The notes beneath the pieces were generated by a model. The model ran no database searches. It was not told where the DNA came from and saw only the letters and a program-made list of their open reading frames with translations. Shown in pieces: positions 38,432 through 47,453 of a stretch of 64,000 bases of DNA. Numbering within the stretch: position 1 is the first letter of the stretch; every line of letters begins with the position of its first letter. The stretch is from Candidatus Heimdallarchaeota archaeon (lineage in GTDB: Archaea > Asgardarchaeota > Heimdallarchaeia > Hodarchaeales > Hodarchaeaceae), in contig CP070695.1 of the NCBI GenBank assembly GCA_020353515.1, positions 2,706,155 through 2,770,154 on the forward strand. The letters are read 5' to 3'. The position numbers were made by a program, and so were the translations under genes.

Positions 38432-39622
38432 ATGCCTAATCATTCTATTGAATCAATCGTTGGAATTCATGGTTACATTACTCCTGAATTTAATGGAACA
38501 GGCGGTAAAATCAAACAACAAAATAAGGATTTCATTGTGCGAGAAATACCTCCCAGTGGAAAGCCTATTTTCGATGGTTCAGAAATTGGTGAGGATTTAG
38601 GGGGATTATACATTCATTGTGTTCTATGGAAAAGTGGCTTCGATACTTTTAGAGCAATAAATAAGTTAGGTAGTCTTTTAAGGATTGAAGAAAAGGATTT
38701 TGGTTTTGCTGGTTTAAAGGATGCAGCTGCTGAAACCTATCAGCGAATTTCAATCTGGAACATAGATATACACCTCATAGAAAGAATAGACTTGCCTAAG
38801 ATCAGATTATTTCATCCTATTCGACAAAAATTCGCTGTTAAAATTGGTGATCTCCTTGGGAATTACTTTAAGATCAAAATTCGAGATATTCAAAGAGAAT
38901 TGAGTGAGGATGACTTGGAAAACCTGAAACGAGGTTTGGAATTAAAGGGTGTATTAAATTTTTATGGACCCCAACGTTTTGGATCAACTCGTCCCATTCT
39001 CCACATAATAGGTAAACTTCTTCTTCAAAATAGGTATTCCGAAGCGATAGATAAATATTTAGGGGCAAAAAGTCCCTTAGAGAATGAAAAGATTGTAGAA
39101 CTACGACATGAATATTCTGATACTCAATCTTATAGAGAATTAATTGACAAATTCCCTATCTCGTATAGAATTGAAAAAATGTTACTAAAGGGTTTAGACA
39201 AAAATCGTTCATCGAAAAATATCGTATTAACTCTACCGAAACAATTTTTGAGGTTAGCTATCTCATCATATCAATCTTATCTTTTCAATAGAGTTTTAAG
39301 TTATCTCAATGAATCTGACTTTCCTCTTTCTAAAAAATTGGTAATTCCTTTACCCGGATATCAGACAGTTCGAAAACAAACAAGTGAGGAAATCTGGGAA
39401 AAACTAAACACTTTCTTGGAGGAAGATGCATTGGATTATCAAAGCTTTTATCACGAAGAAGCAATGTTACGTTCAAAAGGAACCTTGAGAAATGCCATTT
39501 TATTTCCTACCCAGTTTAATTATTCTCACTTGGATATCGATTGGATAGAAGTGATATTTTGTTTACCCAAAGGTTCTTACGGAACCTCAGTTATAAGAGA
39601 GATAACTAAAACAAATATCTAA
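38432..39622 (+). CDS. truD: tRNA pseudouridine(13) synthase TruD
   Basis: DFIVRE, FAGLKD, GDLLGNYF, NFYGPQRFG, YQSYLFN, LPKGSY. Confidence 0.95.
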   Translation: MPNHSIESIVGIHGYITPEFNGTGGKIKQQNKDFIVREIPPSGKPIFDGSEIGEDLGGLYIHCVLWKSGFDTFRAINKLGSLLRIEEKDFGFAGLKDAAAETYQRISIWNIDIHLIERIDLPKIRLFHPIRQKFAVKIGDLLGNYFKIKIRDIQRELSEDDLENLKRGLELKGVLNFYGPQRFGSTRPILHIIGKLLLQNRYSEAIDKYLGAKSPLENEKIVELRHEYSDTQSYRELIDKFPISYRIEKMLLKGLDKNRSSKNIVLTLPKQFLRLAISSYQSYLFNRVLSYLNESDFPLSKKLVIPLPGYQTVRKQTSEEIWEKLNTFLEEDALDYQSFYHEEAMLRSKGTLRNAILFPTQFNYSHLDIDWIEVIFCLPKGSYGTSVIREITKTNI

Positions 39623-39637
39623 TGAGTTATGGAATAT

Positions 39638-40042
39638 TTATGGGTAAAAAATTCCATCCTCAACTTTTCCATTAAGTTCTCCCTGATTAATTAGGGTACT
39701 AATAGCTTTACCTACTGAATCGGCAGAAATTCCCGTAATTTCGATTTGATCAATAGGAGTTGGCTCTTGAACTAGATTGACTGCTTTTATCAACAACTCT
39801 TTTTTGGACATTCCAGAGCCAATCTCATCTCCCCGAATTTTTTTCAAAGAAGCCCGTACAGAAGCATTACACATTGGACAATGAAAGGAACCCATAATAG
39901 TTAAAGTAACTCGGCCCTCCTTATCAGGCATTGGACTAATCAGTTGCCATGTCTTTTCTGGAGGTGTTTCCGTAGGGTTTATTATGTGGCCACACTTTTT
40001 ACATGAAATTTTCTTTTTTCGTTTCGCACGAGGAGGGCTCAT
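39638..40042 (-). CDS. Zn-ribbon plus winged-helix protein
   Basis: CKKC...KTWQLISPMPDKEGR...CPMC; C-terminal ISTLINQGELNGKV. Confidence 0.6.
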   Translation of the reverse strand: MSPPRAKRKKKISCKKCGHIINPTETPPEKTWQLISPMPDKEGRVTLTIMGSFHCPMCNASVRASLKKIRGDEIGSGMSKKELLIKAVNLVQEPTPIDQIEITGISADSVGKAISTLINQGELNGKVEDGIFYP

Positions 40043-40090
40043 TGATTTTACCTTCTTCTTATAATTTTATTTTGTAAGATGATTTAGATA

Positions 40091-40309
40091 TTACAGATTA
40101 ATTGCTTGAATAGAGGTTTTTAGACATGCATGACAGATTTCTCCACCATAGGGTCGATCTGAATGTTTTCCACTCTTCGAAACTTTCATTGAATTTGTGT
40201 GCAATAGAGTACCACAAATCCTACAATGAGATTGGTACCTATTTTTCTTTACTTTGTGGATAAGTAACCGTCTCCCAGGACTTTTTTTCTTTCGAATATT
40301 TTTAGTCAT
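40091..40309 (-). CDS. rpl34e: 50S ribosomal protein eL34
   Basis: KSPG, CRICG..L, RPYGGEICHAC. Confidence 0.88.
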   Translation of the reverse strand: MTKNIRKKKSPGRRLLIHKVKKNRYQSHCRICGTLLHTNSMKVSKSGKHSDRPYGGEICHACLKTSIQAINL

Positions 40310-40340
40310 TTAAATTAAACACCAATTTCTTTTATTTTTT

Positions 40341-40973
40341 TCAATCAGGTTGTAATCCTGCAACTTTTCGTAAAATGGAACCAAAAGCAAGGCTGCCACC
40401 GAAATACCACCATATATAATTAGGAATAAAGACTTTATCTTCTCCCCAACCAGGTACAACAGCCATCTTTCCAAGAGCAAAAAAATTAGGGAATGGAAAA
40501 TTCTCTGGGAGAGCGAAAGGTATTACTGCAGGGATATTTCCTTCAATAAATGCACCATTTTCGACTGAAAACCTAAAAAAACCTGATAGAACTATAAAGA
40601 AAAGTATCATTGGAAGAAACATTATCATCAAAGGTTTCATGTTCATCATTGTAAGTTCGGATTGTACTTTTCTCATTCTATCAGCATTTCTCTCATATTT
40701 CAGCTTTAGTTTACTATCAGCAGTTTTTATCATTTCCATGCGCAATTTATTATATTTTTTTGTTTCTCTTGTTAATCTTCTTAGTTTATCAACATCAATC
40801 ATTTTCCTCGAAACCAATGTGGACGTTAACGATACAAGGAATGCAACAAGCAATATAAATACCGATGAGAGAGGTGGTTTTGTTGGAATGACTCCAGTTA
40901 GATCCTGTAAAATAGCCATGGGTGTTGTAATGATATCAATCAAAAAAATAAAAATATCCTGAAGAATGAACAT
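40341..40973 (-). CDS. EMC3/TMCO1 (DUF106, Oxa1 superfamily) membrane protein
   Basis: TM-coiled coil-TM, MKPLMIMFLP, WWYF; conserved position next to eL34. Confidence 0.88.
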   Translation of the reverse strand: MFILQDIFIFLIDIITTPMAILQDLTGVIPTKPPLSSVFILLVAFLVSLTSTLVSRKMIDVDKLRRLTRETKKYNKLRMEMIKTADSKLKLKYERNADRMRKVQSELTMMNMKPLMIMFLPMILFFIVLSGFFRFSVENGAFIEGNIPAVIPFALPENFPFPNFFALGKMAVVPGWGEDKVFIPNYIWWYFGGSLAFGSILRKVAGLQPD

Positions 40974-41183
40974 GATTTTTCCCTTTACAAGTACCTTGTG
41001 TTTCTCCTAAGTAATTAAAATTTTGGTTCTTCTAAGAGATACATTTTTTTGTTTGTTTTTTATTTGTCATGTAAATTCAATCTGCAATGCTTCCATTATC
41101 CTTTGGATGGAAGATTCAAATGATCTTGATTAAGAATCTTGATTCTTCATGATTGGAGAATCTGAGAGACATATGTGTTCATT

Positions 41184-42578
41184 TTAGATAGAAATTTCCT
41201 TTTTCTTAACAAAATGATCATTTAACTCCGTACGCCTTTTTAAAAAGTCATAAAAGGCCTTTTGAAAGTCTATTTCAGATGTCAGGTGAAATTGTAAAGG
41301 CTCATTTCTAGAAATAGGTTTCGTTAAGTGTCTCTGAGCACAAACTGGGATTACATATCTCATTCCTGGACGTATCTTCCTACTCCTTGATTTATAGTTA
41401 AAGTTTCTTTTTGTAGATTTATAGGAACATTTTTTACATTTTAGTCCTTTATTTTTCCCTGCAGAAGTAAGAGAGGCTCCACAGTTTGGACATTTCGGAG
41501 TTATTTTTTCACGGATCGTAACTAATTTGATAATTTGAATTTCTTCAATATTTACAGTAGTTGGAGTTTCTACTGATGCTGGTCGAACTCCTCCAAAAAC
41601 TAACACCTCATCCCCTTCCATTAATTCTCTTATTATTTTTCTAAATTGTTTTGTAGGTTCGTATGCAGCACAATCGATTGATATATTTCCTGATTTGATA
41701 GTAAAGATTACGTGACCACCAGGGAGATTGTACGGATTTTTTACTACTGACCCTCTTAGAATTACAGAATGGTGTGGTGAAATTTCGTCACCAGAAAATT
41801 GTTTAGGAAAATGTACTTGAGTATGCTGATTTGTGCGGAAGAGCATTGAGGTTTGTATTGGTTCAAAAATTTGAATCATTTTCCACATTTGAATGACTGC
41901 ATTAGATGTTTCACCTCGTATTCCACAAAAGACAGGATCAGGCCCATGGGGTGTGATCATTACTTGTTTATTTTCATAATCATAATTACTGAAAGATAAT
42001 GGAGTGTTCTTATCAGCGTTAATGACGGATATAGGGTCAATTAGACGTTCAGGTTTCTTCTCTTTTAGATCACGATAAATAATGAGTTCATAAGTGTAAT
42101 CATGTAAGAGAGTCGCTCCGATGGCAGCAGTAGCACCGATCAATCCTCTACCTTTTTTTATAAAAAAAGTGTCCGTGGGGTGCTTCTTAAGCATATTTTT
42201 TACCGATTCTAATGGAATTACTTGATAAAGAGCCTGCTTATATAGTTCTATGAAGTCTGAAGGTACTTCACCTTGAAGCAGCACAAGACCTGGATCAGTT
42301 TGGGGATCATCAACATCTGCATATTGTTTAACTCGATCAATGGCTCCATTCCAAAACTTATCCTTAAGATCTTCTGAGGCCATGAAAGAAATGGCTATAG
42401 CTCCATTTCCTCGCGTTTTATATGGGATATTTGGATTTAGACGTATTAATTTCGGAAAATCAAGTAACTCTAATGGAAGAGCTAACATGAAATCTATTAG
42501 TATCGTTGCTAAAAACGTTGTACACATACCAAAATTTGAATCGGTATCATCCACTCCGATATGCCATGTTTGTAGCAT
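41184..42578 (-). CDS. tiaS: tRNA(Ile2) agmatinylcytidine synthetase
   Basis: IGVDDTDS..GMCTT, LIRLNPNIPYKTRGNGA, PHGPDPV, TNQHT, AAYEPT, Zn ribbon, RHLTKP. Confidence 0.97.
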   Translation of the reverse strand: MLQTWHIGVDDTDSNFGMCTTFLATILIDFMLALPLELLDFPKLIRLNPNIPYKTRGNGAIAISFMASEDLKDKFWNGAIDRVKQYADVDDPQTDPGLVLLQGEVPSDFIELYKQALYQVIPLESVKNMLKKHPTDTFFIKKGRGLIGATAAIGATLLHDYTYELIIYRDLKEKKPERLIDPISVINADKNTPLSFSNYDYENKQVMITPHGPDPVFCGIRGETSNAVIQMWKMIQIFEPIQTSMLFRTNQHTQVHFPKQFSGDEISPHHSVILRGSVVKNPYNLPGGHVIFTIKSGNISIDCAAYEPTKQFRKIIRELMEGDEVLVFGGVRPASVETPTTVNIEEIQIIKLVTIREKITPKCPNCGASLTSAGKNKGLKCKKCSYKSTKRNFNYKSRSRKIRPGMRYVIPVCAQRHLTKPISRNEPLQFHLTSEIDFQKAFYDFLKRRTELNDHFVKKKEISI

Positions 42579-42599
42579 GTATCAATCATTCCATCGGTC

Positions 42600-43517
42600 T
42601 TAAAGTCGAGATAAAACCCCAGAAACCATTAAAGGTAAAACAAGAGTTACATCGGAAGGAATATCAATCCATTTTGCTTTTGTTTCTACCTTTCCCCAAG
42701 ATATTGCCTCTTTCACACTCGCTCCACTAACACCACCATGCTCAGGGCGATCCATAGTTATTTGAATTGCATACGATAATCCATTGTGCAACTGAGACCC
42801 ATTCATAATGAAGTGCTTAGGTACTCCTCCACCTAGAAACAAGGCCCCCATACGTTCTGTTTCATAAACAATCTTGGTGAATTCTGAGTGATCTTTTAGA
42901 ATATCGATGTAAAAAGGATTTGTTTGAGCAAAAAGCCAAGTTTGAACTCCTAGCATGCTATCTACAAATGAAGGGGAAAAAATCGGGACTTTTTTTAGAA
43001 AGGCGGCTCTTAGTATTGACTTTGGATCATCTACATATCGTCCAAGCTCAAATAGAAATTCTTGACTACTCATTCTTTGATCAGGAACGCTTTTGAGAAT
43101 TTTCTGGGCCAATGCTTCGAATTTAAGAAATGAATCATAAGGGATTAGCGTACTAAATATTCTACTAATTTGCATTTCATTTAGTTTTTTATCATTTAAG
43201 TGTTCTGAACCATGATAGTGAGAACCTCCAGATGTCTCCAATAAATCATGGCTGATATTAGCTCCTGTTGTGACTATACAATTCACCATATTTTTTTCAA
43301 TCATTATCCGAAGGATATTTCTCATACCTCCTGGAATTAAAGCTCCTGCAAGCCCTAAAAAGATGGTACACGCGTCGTCCTGAATCATTTGTTCTAATAG
43401 ATCTGTCGCTAAAGCAACTTTACGACATGTAAAGCCACCATTTTTCATAGTTGATAATAATTCATTAGTTGTCATATTTGGACGAATATCCACTTGTTTC
43501 ATACGATTAAACTTCAT
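42600..43517 (-). CDS. dys: Deoxyhypusine synthase
   Basis: TTGANISHD, LGGGVPKH, GGVSGA..KEAISWGK with the catalytic Lys. Confidence 0.95.
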   Translation of the reverse strand: MKFNRMKQVDIRPNMTTNELLSTMKNGGFTCRKVALATDLLEQMIQDDACTIFLGLAGALIPGGMRNILRIMIEKNMVNCIVTTGANISHDLLETSGGSHYHGSEHLNDKKLNEMQISRIFSTLIPYDSFLKFEALAQKILKSVPDQRMSSQEFLFELGRYVDDPKSILRAAFLKKVPIFSPSFVDSMLGVQTWLFAQTNPFYIDILKDHSEFTKIVYETERMGALFLGGGVPKHFIMNGSQLHNGLSYAIQITMDRPEHGGVSGASVKEAISWGKVETKAKWIDIPSDVTLVLPLMVSGVLSRL

Positions 43518-43709
43518 ATATATCGAACTCTTGACTATCTATAGCCAATATGCCTAATAATGCGAGTATTTTTCACTTGTAAGTTATTTTGATCATTCTT
43601 TTTTTAAAAGAAGTATTAAACTTTTATTTTGATTGATTCTAGATAGTCTGAAAAACCTTTATTCAGAAGCATTCATCTCATCAATTTAACTAATAAGTTG
43701 TGAAATACT

Positions 43710-44636
43710 GTGGAAAATTTAAAATTTTCATGTCATGAACCAGAAATGTTGTGTGGAATTCTTAAGCGTGAGTGGACAGATATCAAACCAAACTATCATT
43801 TTCTTGGGATACCTTTAGATATATCATCCTCTTATAGAAATGGAGCGAGACGTGGGCCAGATGTTTTGCGACAAATTCTCCGTTCAGAGAATTTCGAATG
43901 TGTAACAGAGGCGGGTGTCAGCCTCAAAGACGTTTATAGAATAAAAGACTGGGGAAATATTGGAATAATTTCTACAAATCTACGTAAGAGTCTACGATTA
44001 ATCACCGAGGGAGTTCTTGATTTAATTCAAACCAACCAGTCCTTTTTGTTATTTGGGGGTGATCATAGCTTAACAATAGGATCTGGACAGGCATTTGAAG
44101 AAGCTGACCTTCCAACATATCTCATTTATTTTGATGCTCATCTTGACTTATATGAAGAAATGATGGAATCAGATTTATCTCACGCGTGTACTTTAAGAAG
44201 GTTTTCAGAAATATCAGGGTTTCAAGGAGCTACAGTATTAGGTTATAGATTTTTCACTCCAGAACAGTTATCTTATGCTCAATATAACAATATTAAAGTA
44301 ATATCTACAAATGAGTTGGTTCAACATTCGGATTTATATCATCTCGGTTTAGAAATCACTGCTCCTTTGGTTAAAGAAAATAACCGTGTCTATATTTCAG
44401 TGGATCTAGATGTATTAGATCCAAGTCATGCTCCTGCTGTAGGAAATCCTGTTGCTGGCGGAGTATCAACGAGGCAGTTAATTTGGTTACTTACAGGTAT
44501 TTTTCATGGACTTAAGACTCAGATACACAGTTGGGATATTGTAGAATACAATCCTCTCTACGATTTTGCGGAAATCACGGCTTTTACTATCGTTAAACTC
44601 CTTCTAGAGAGTTTAGGAGCACAAGTCTATAGATAA
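43710..44636 (+). CDS. speB: Agmatinase/ureohydrolase
   Basis: GGDHS, FDAHLD, SHAC, SVDLDVLDP, DIVEYNP. Confidence 0.9.
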   Translation: MENLKFSCHEPEMLCGILKREWTDIKPNYHFLGIPLDISSSYRNGARRGPDVLRQILRSENFECVTEAGVSLKDVYRIKDWGNIGIISTNLRKSLRLITEGVLDLIQTNQSFLLFGGDHSLTIGSGQAFEEADLPTYLIYFDAHLDLYEEMMESDLSHACTLRRFSEISGFQGATVLGYRFFTPEQLSYAQYNNIKVISTNELVQHSDLYHLGLEITAPLVKENNRVYISVDLDVLDPSHAPAVGNPVAGGVSTRQLIWLLTGIFHGLKTQIHSWDIVEYNPLYDFAEITAFTIVKLLLESLGAQVYR

Positions 44637-44680
44637 ATTATTTCTAACACGAGGTTTTGGTAAGAATTTTATTGACTACA

Positions 44681-44732
44681 ATGATGAGTAATTTTTTTAA
44701 GTCAGCATTGAAGAAATCAGAAATTGTGCTGA
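44681..44732 (+). ncRNA. Possible box C/D sRNA (no target identified)
   Basis: Intergenic ATGATGA (C) ... TGAAGA (C') - 14 nt - CTGA (D), 52 nt; D' box poor. Confidence 0.35.
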
Positions 44733-44786
44733 AGGAAATCTCATAATAAAAATAAGTAAATAAAGTAGCATAATGGAGAAAGACAA

Positions 44787-46001
44787 ATGAAACATGATTC
44801 TACAGCTTTTTTAATCAAGGAAATGAATGAGATTCGCGAGGCAGGACGAGAGTGGATACACCGAGTTTTAGAAGGGCCTAGTGACACTGTATGTAATGTG
44901 GAAGGAAAAGAAGTTATTATGCTGTGTTCAAACAACTATCTTGGCCTATCTAATCATCCTAAAATGAAGGAAGCAGCTATTGAGGCTATCAAAACTCACG
45001 GTGTTGGTTCTGGTTCCGTTCGAGCAATCGCAGGTAACATGGATTTACACGAACAATGGGAGAAAAGACTTGCTGAATTTAAGGAACAGGAAGCTGCCTT
45101 TATCACATCCGCAGGATTCACTGCTAATCAAGGAGTAATTCAACAGCTTACTCCTACTGCAGATGATGTTATCTTATCTGATCGTCTAAATCATGGATCG
45201 ATAATTGATGGTGTTCGAACTACTAAAGCAAAAAGAGCAGTTTACGAACATTGTGATATGGCCTCTCTTGAAAATGAGCTTACTAAACTATCTAAAGAGA
45301 ATCCTCGGAGAATTCTAGTTATTACTGATGGGGTGTTCTCAATGGATGGGGATCATGCCCCCCTTGGAGATATCTATAAAATTTGTGAACCTTATGATAA
45401 CGCAGTTATATATGTAGATGATGCACATGGTGATGGAGTCCTTGGAAAAGATTATTCTGGAAAAGGTCTTGTAGACCATTACGGATTACAAGGTAAAGTT
45501 CATATTGAGATGGGTACGTTTTCTAAAGCTTTTGGGACTATGGGTGGTTCAGTTGTAGGTTCTCAAGAACTAATTACATGGTGTCGGAACAAAACTCGTT
45601 CTTACCTCTTATCTGCTAGTCACCCCCCTGCAACTGCAGCTGCGTCCATTAAAGCTCTCGATTTAATTGAGAAGGAAGAACCCGGTCTTGTCAAGAAACT
45701 CTGGGATAATATCGATTATTTCAAAAATCAGATAATAAAAATGGGTTATAACCATGAAATAACAAGTGCTTCAACTACTGCGATTATTCCAATTATTTTT
45801 GGGGATCCTTTGAAAGCAAAAGAAGCCTCAGATTCATTATATTCAGATTACGGCATTTTTGCCTTACCGATTGTGTTTCCAATGGTTCCTCGGGGACTTG
45901 ATCGAATCCGTGTTCAAGCTAATGCAGCACTGACAAAGGAGCAGCTGGATGAAGGACTTCGTGCTTTTGAAGAGGTAGGAAAAAAACTCAAGATTTTCTA
46001 A
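44787..46001 (+). CDS. PLP-dependent alpha-oxoamine synthase (Kbl/BioF family)
   Basis: CSNNYLGL, LNHGSIIDG, DGVFSMDGD, VDDAHG, GTFSKAFG. Confidence 0.9.
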   Translation: MKHDSTAFLIKEMNEIREAGREWIHRVLEGPSDTVCNVEGKEVIMLCSNNYLGLSNHPKMKEAAIEAIKTHGVGSGSVRAIAGNMDLHEQWEKRLAEFKEQEAAFITSAGFTANQGVIQQLTPTADDVILSDRLNHGSIIDGVRTTKAKRAVYEHCDMASLENELTKLSKENPRRILVITDGVFSMDGDHAPLGDIYKICEPYDNAVIYVDDAHGDGVLGKDYSGKGLVDHYGLQGKVHIEMGTFSKAFGTMGGSVVGSQELITWCRNKTRSYLLSASHPPATAAASIKALDLIEKEEPGLVKKLWDNIDYFKNQIIKMGYNHEITSASTTAIIPIIFGDPLKAKEASDSLYSDYGIFALPIVFPMVPRGLDRIRVQANAALTKEQLDEGLRAFEEVGKKLKIF

Positions 46002-46043
46002 AAGTATTTTAGAGGAAGACTTTTTCTTTTCCCCTCTATTATT

Positions 46044-46499
46044 TTAAAAGAACTTTAGTAGTTCTCTATTTTTTCTTTTAGCTTTCAAAATTTCAATGAC
46101 CTCCTCCAAAATATTAATAATTCTGTCTTCATACGTCTCTCCCTTGTAATGATAACTCCAGTGATTCCAATGAGGTCGTTTATGCGCTACTTTATATTTT
46201 AATCCAGTCATTTCTGTTTTATAAGAATTTGCATCTATTTTATTGACCTTCTGATCAGCAATGATATACCAATGATATTTTGTATTATTCAGTGCACCTG
46301 TGCCTGATGGTGCTTGGAGAATTCTATATTTATTACAGATAAATTCAAATTTCCACTTATCTGGTGCTATTTTTGTTTCGTTCCATTCCCCATCTTTATA
46401 ATTCCATCTATGTTTTCCCCCTACTTTCATTCCTGTATATTTTTTTCCATTATAATCTTTAAGAGCATTGTAATATTTTCTCTTTTCATCCTTTATCAT
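46044..46499 (-). CDS. Hypothetical basic, Trp/Tyr-rich protein
   Basis: 151-aa ORF, YTGMKVGGKHRWNY...YHWYIIADQ...GLKYKVAHKR; no function recognised. Confidence 0.6.
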   Translation of the reverse strand: MIKDEKRKYYNALKDYNGKKYTGMKVGGKHRWNYKDGEWNETKIAPDKWKFEFICNKYRILQAPSGTGALNNTKYHWYIIADQKVNKIDANSYKTEMTGLKYKVAHKRPHWNHWSYHYKGETYEDRIINILEEVIEILKAKRKNRELLKFF

Positions 46500-46745
46500 A
46501 AACCTACAACCTTTAGATTAAATCCTAAAAATATGTCATTTAAGAATAAAATAACTGAACTATTTATAAAACAACTTAAGACACCCAGTTGAAAGTTAAT
46601 ACTCGATTTAAATTCTCGAGAGAAAAGAAAGAGGGAATTTTATGAAGTCTGGAGTATTTATAGATATGAGATGATTAAAAATCTCATACTTCAATCAATT
46701 CAATAGATGTAAAAATAGCTATCAGCACAAAATTGAATATATTAA

Positions 46746-47174
46746 TCATTTCTTCTTGGAACCAACGTTATTCTCTCTAGATATTATTCGACGCCTGGGT
46801 TTTACTTTAACTTTGCCAGAAAATCGAAAAACTTGACCACAATCAGGACAATACCAATATTTTCGTGATGCCTCATCACCACTAGAAAACTGATAAAAAC
46901 CTTGAAAAACTGCATTAGGATGATGACATTTTTTTTTCCGTCGTTCGTCATATGTCTGAGTAAAAATTTTAGGTATTGGGGGTGGTTCGTCCTCTAAAAT
47001 GCGAGTATGATCTCGAGGAGTATGTTCTATTGGCGTACTTTCTTGAAAGATAGTGGTATCTTCAATTTCTACTTCTTTCTGACAATTTGGACAAACAAAA
47101 AAGATTTGTTGTTTTGGTCCCTTTCTCTTTGAGACAATCAATGTTCCACATTCTGTACAGAAAGGTGAGGGCAT
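46746..47174 (-). CDS. Divergent TFS/RpoM-like two-Zn-ribbon protein
   Basis: FCTECG...CPNC N-ribbon; YQFSSGDE...YCPDCG C-ribbon (compare QTRSADE). Confidence 0.75.
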   Translation of the reverse strand: MPSPFCTECGTLIVSKRKGPKQQIFFVCPNCQKEVEIEDTTIFQESTPIEHTPRDHTRILEDEPPPIPKIFTQTYDERRKKKCHHPNAVFQGFYQFSSGDEASRKYWYCPDCGQVFRFSGKVKVKPRRRIISRENNVGSKKK

Positions 47175-47453
47175 ATATATTCCACGGAATCTTAAAAAAA
47201 GTTATTCTTTGGTTTTTGTGTTTAGGATGGGGTTATTCTGTAATTCACTTTAAATTTAACCTTTGTTATCATAAAATTAGTAATGGAATAGGATATTGTT
47301 TCCAAGGAACCACTCTTCCTTGAAGGTGATTTCAAAAAGGTTTTCTCTTTCTCTTTCTTTAATAGTTAGGTGTGAATATCTAATTGTCTCAATTTTTATT
47401 CTTATTTTTTCTTCCAACGCGATTCTTCAGTTCTTAGTAACGGCGATACGAAA

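Noticed and set aside
44787-46001. Serine palmitoyltransferase assignment
   Set aside because: Motifs do not separate it from Kbl/BioF, and there is no sphingolipid gene context
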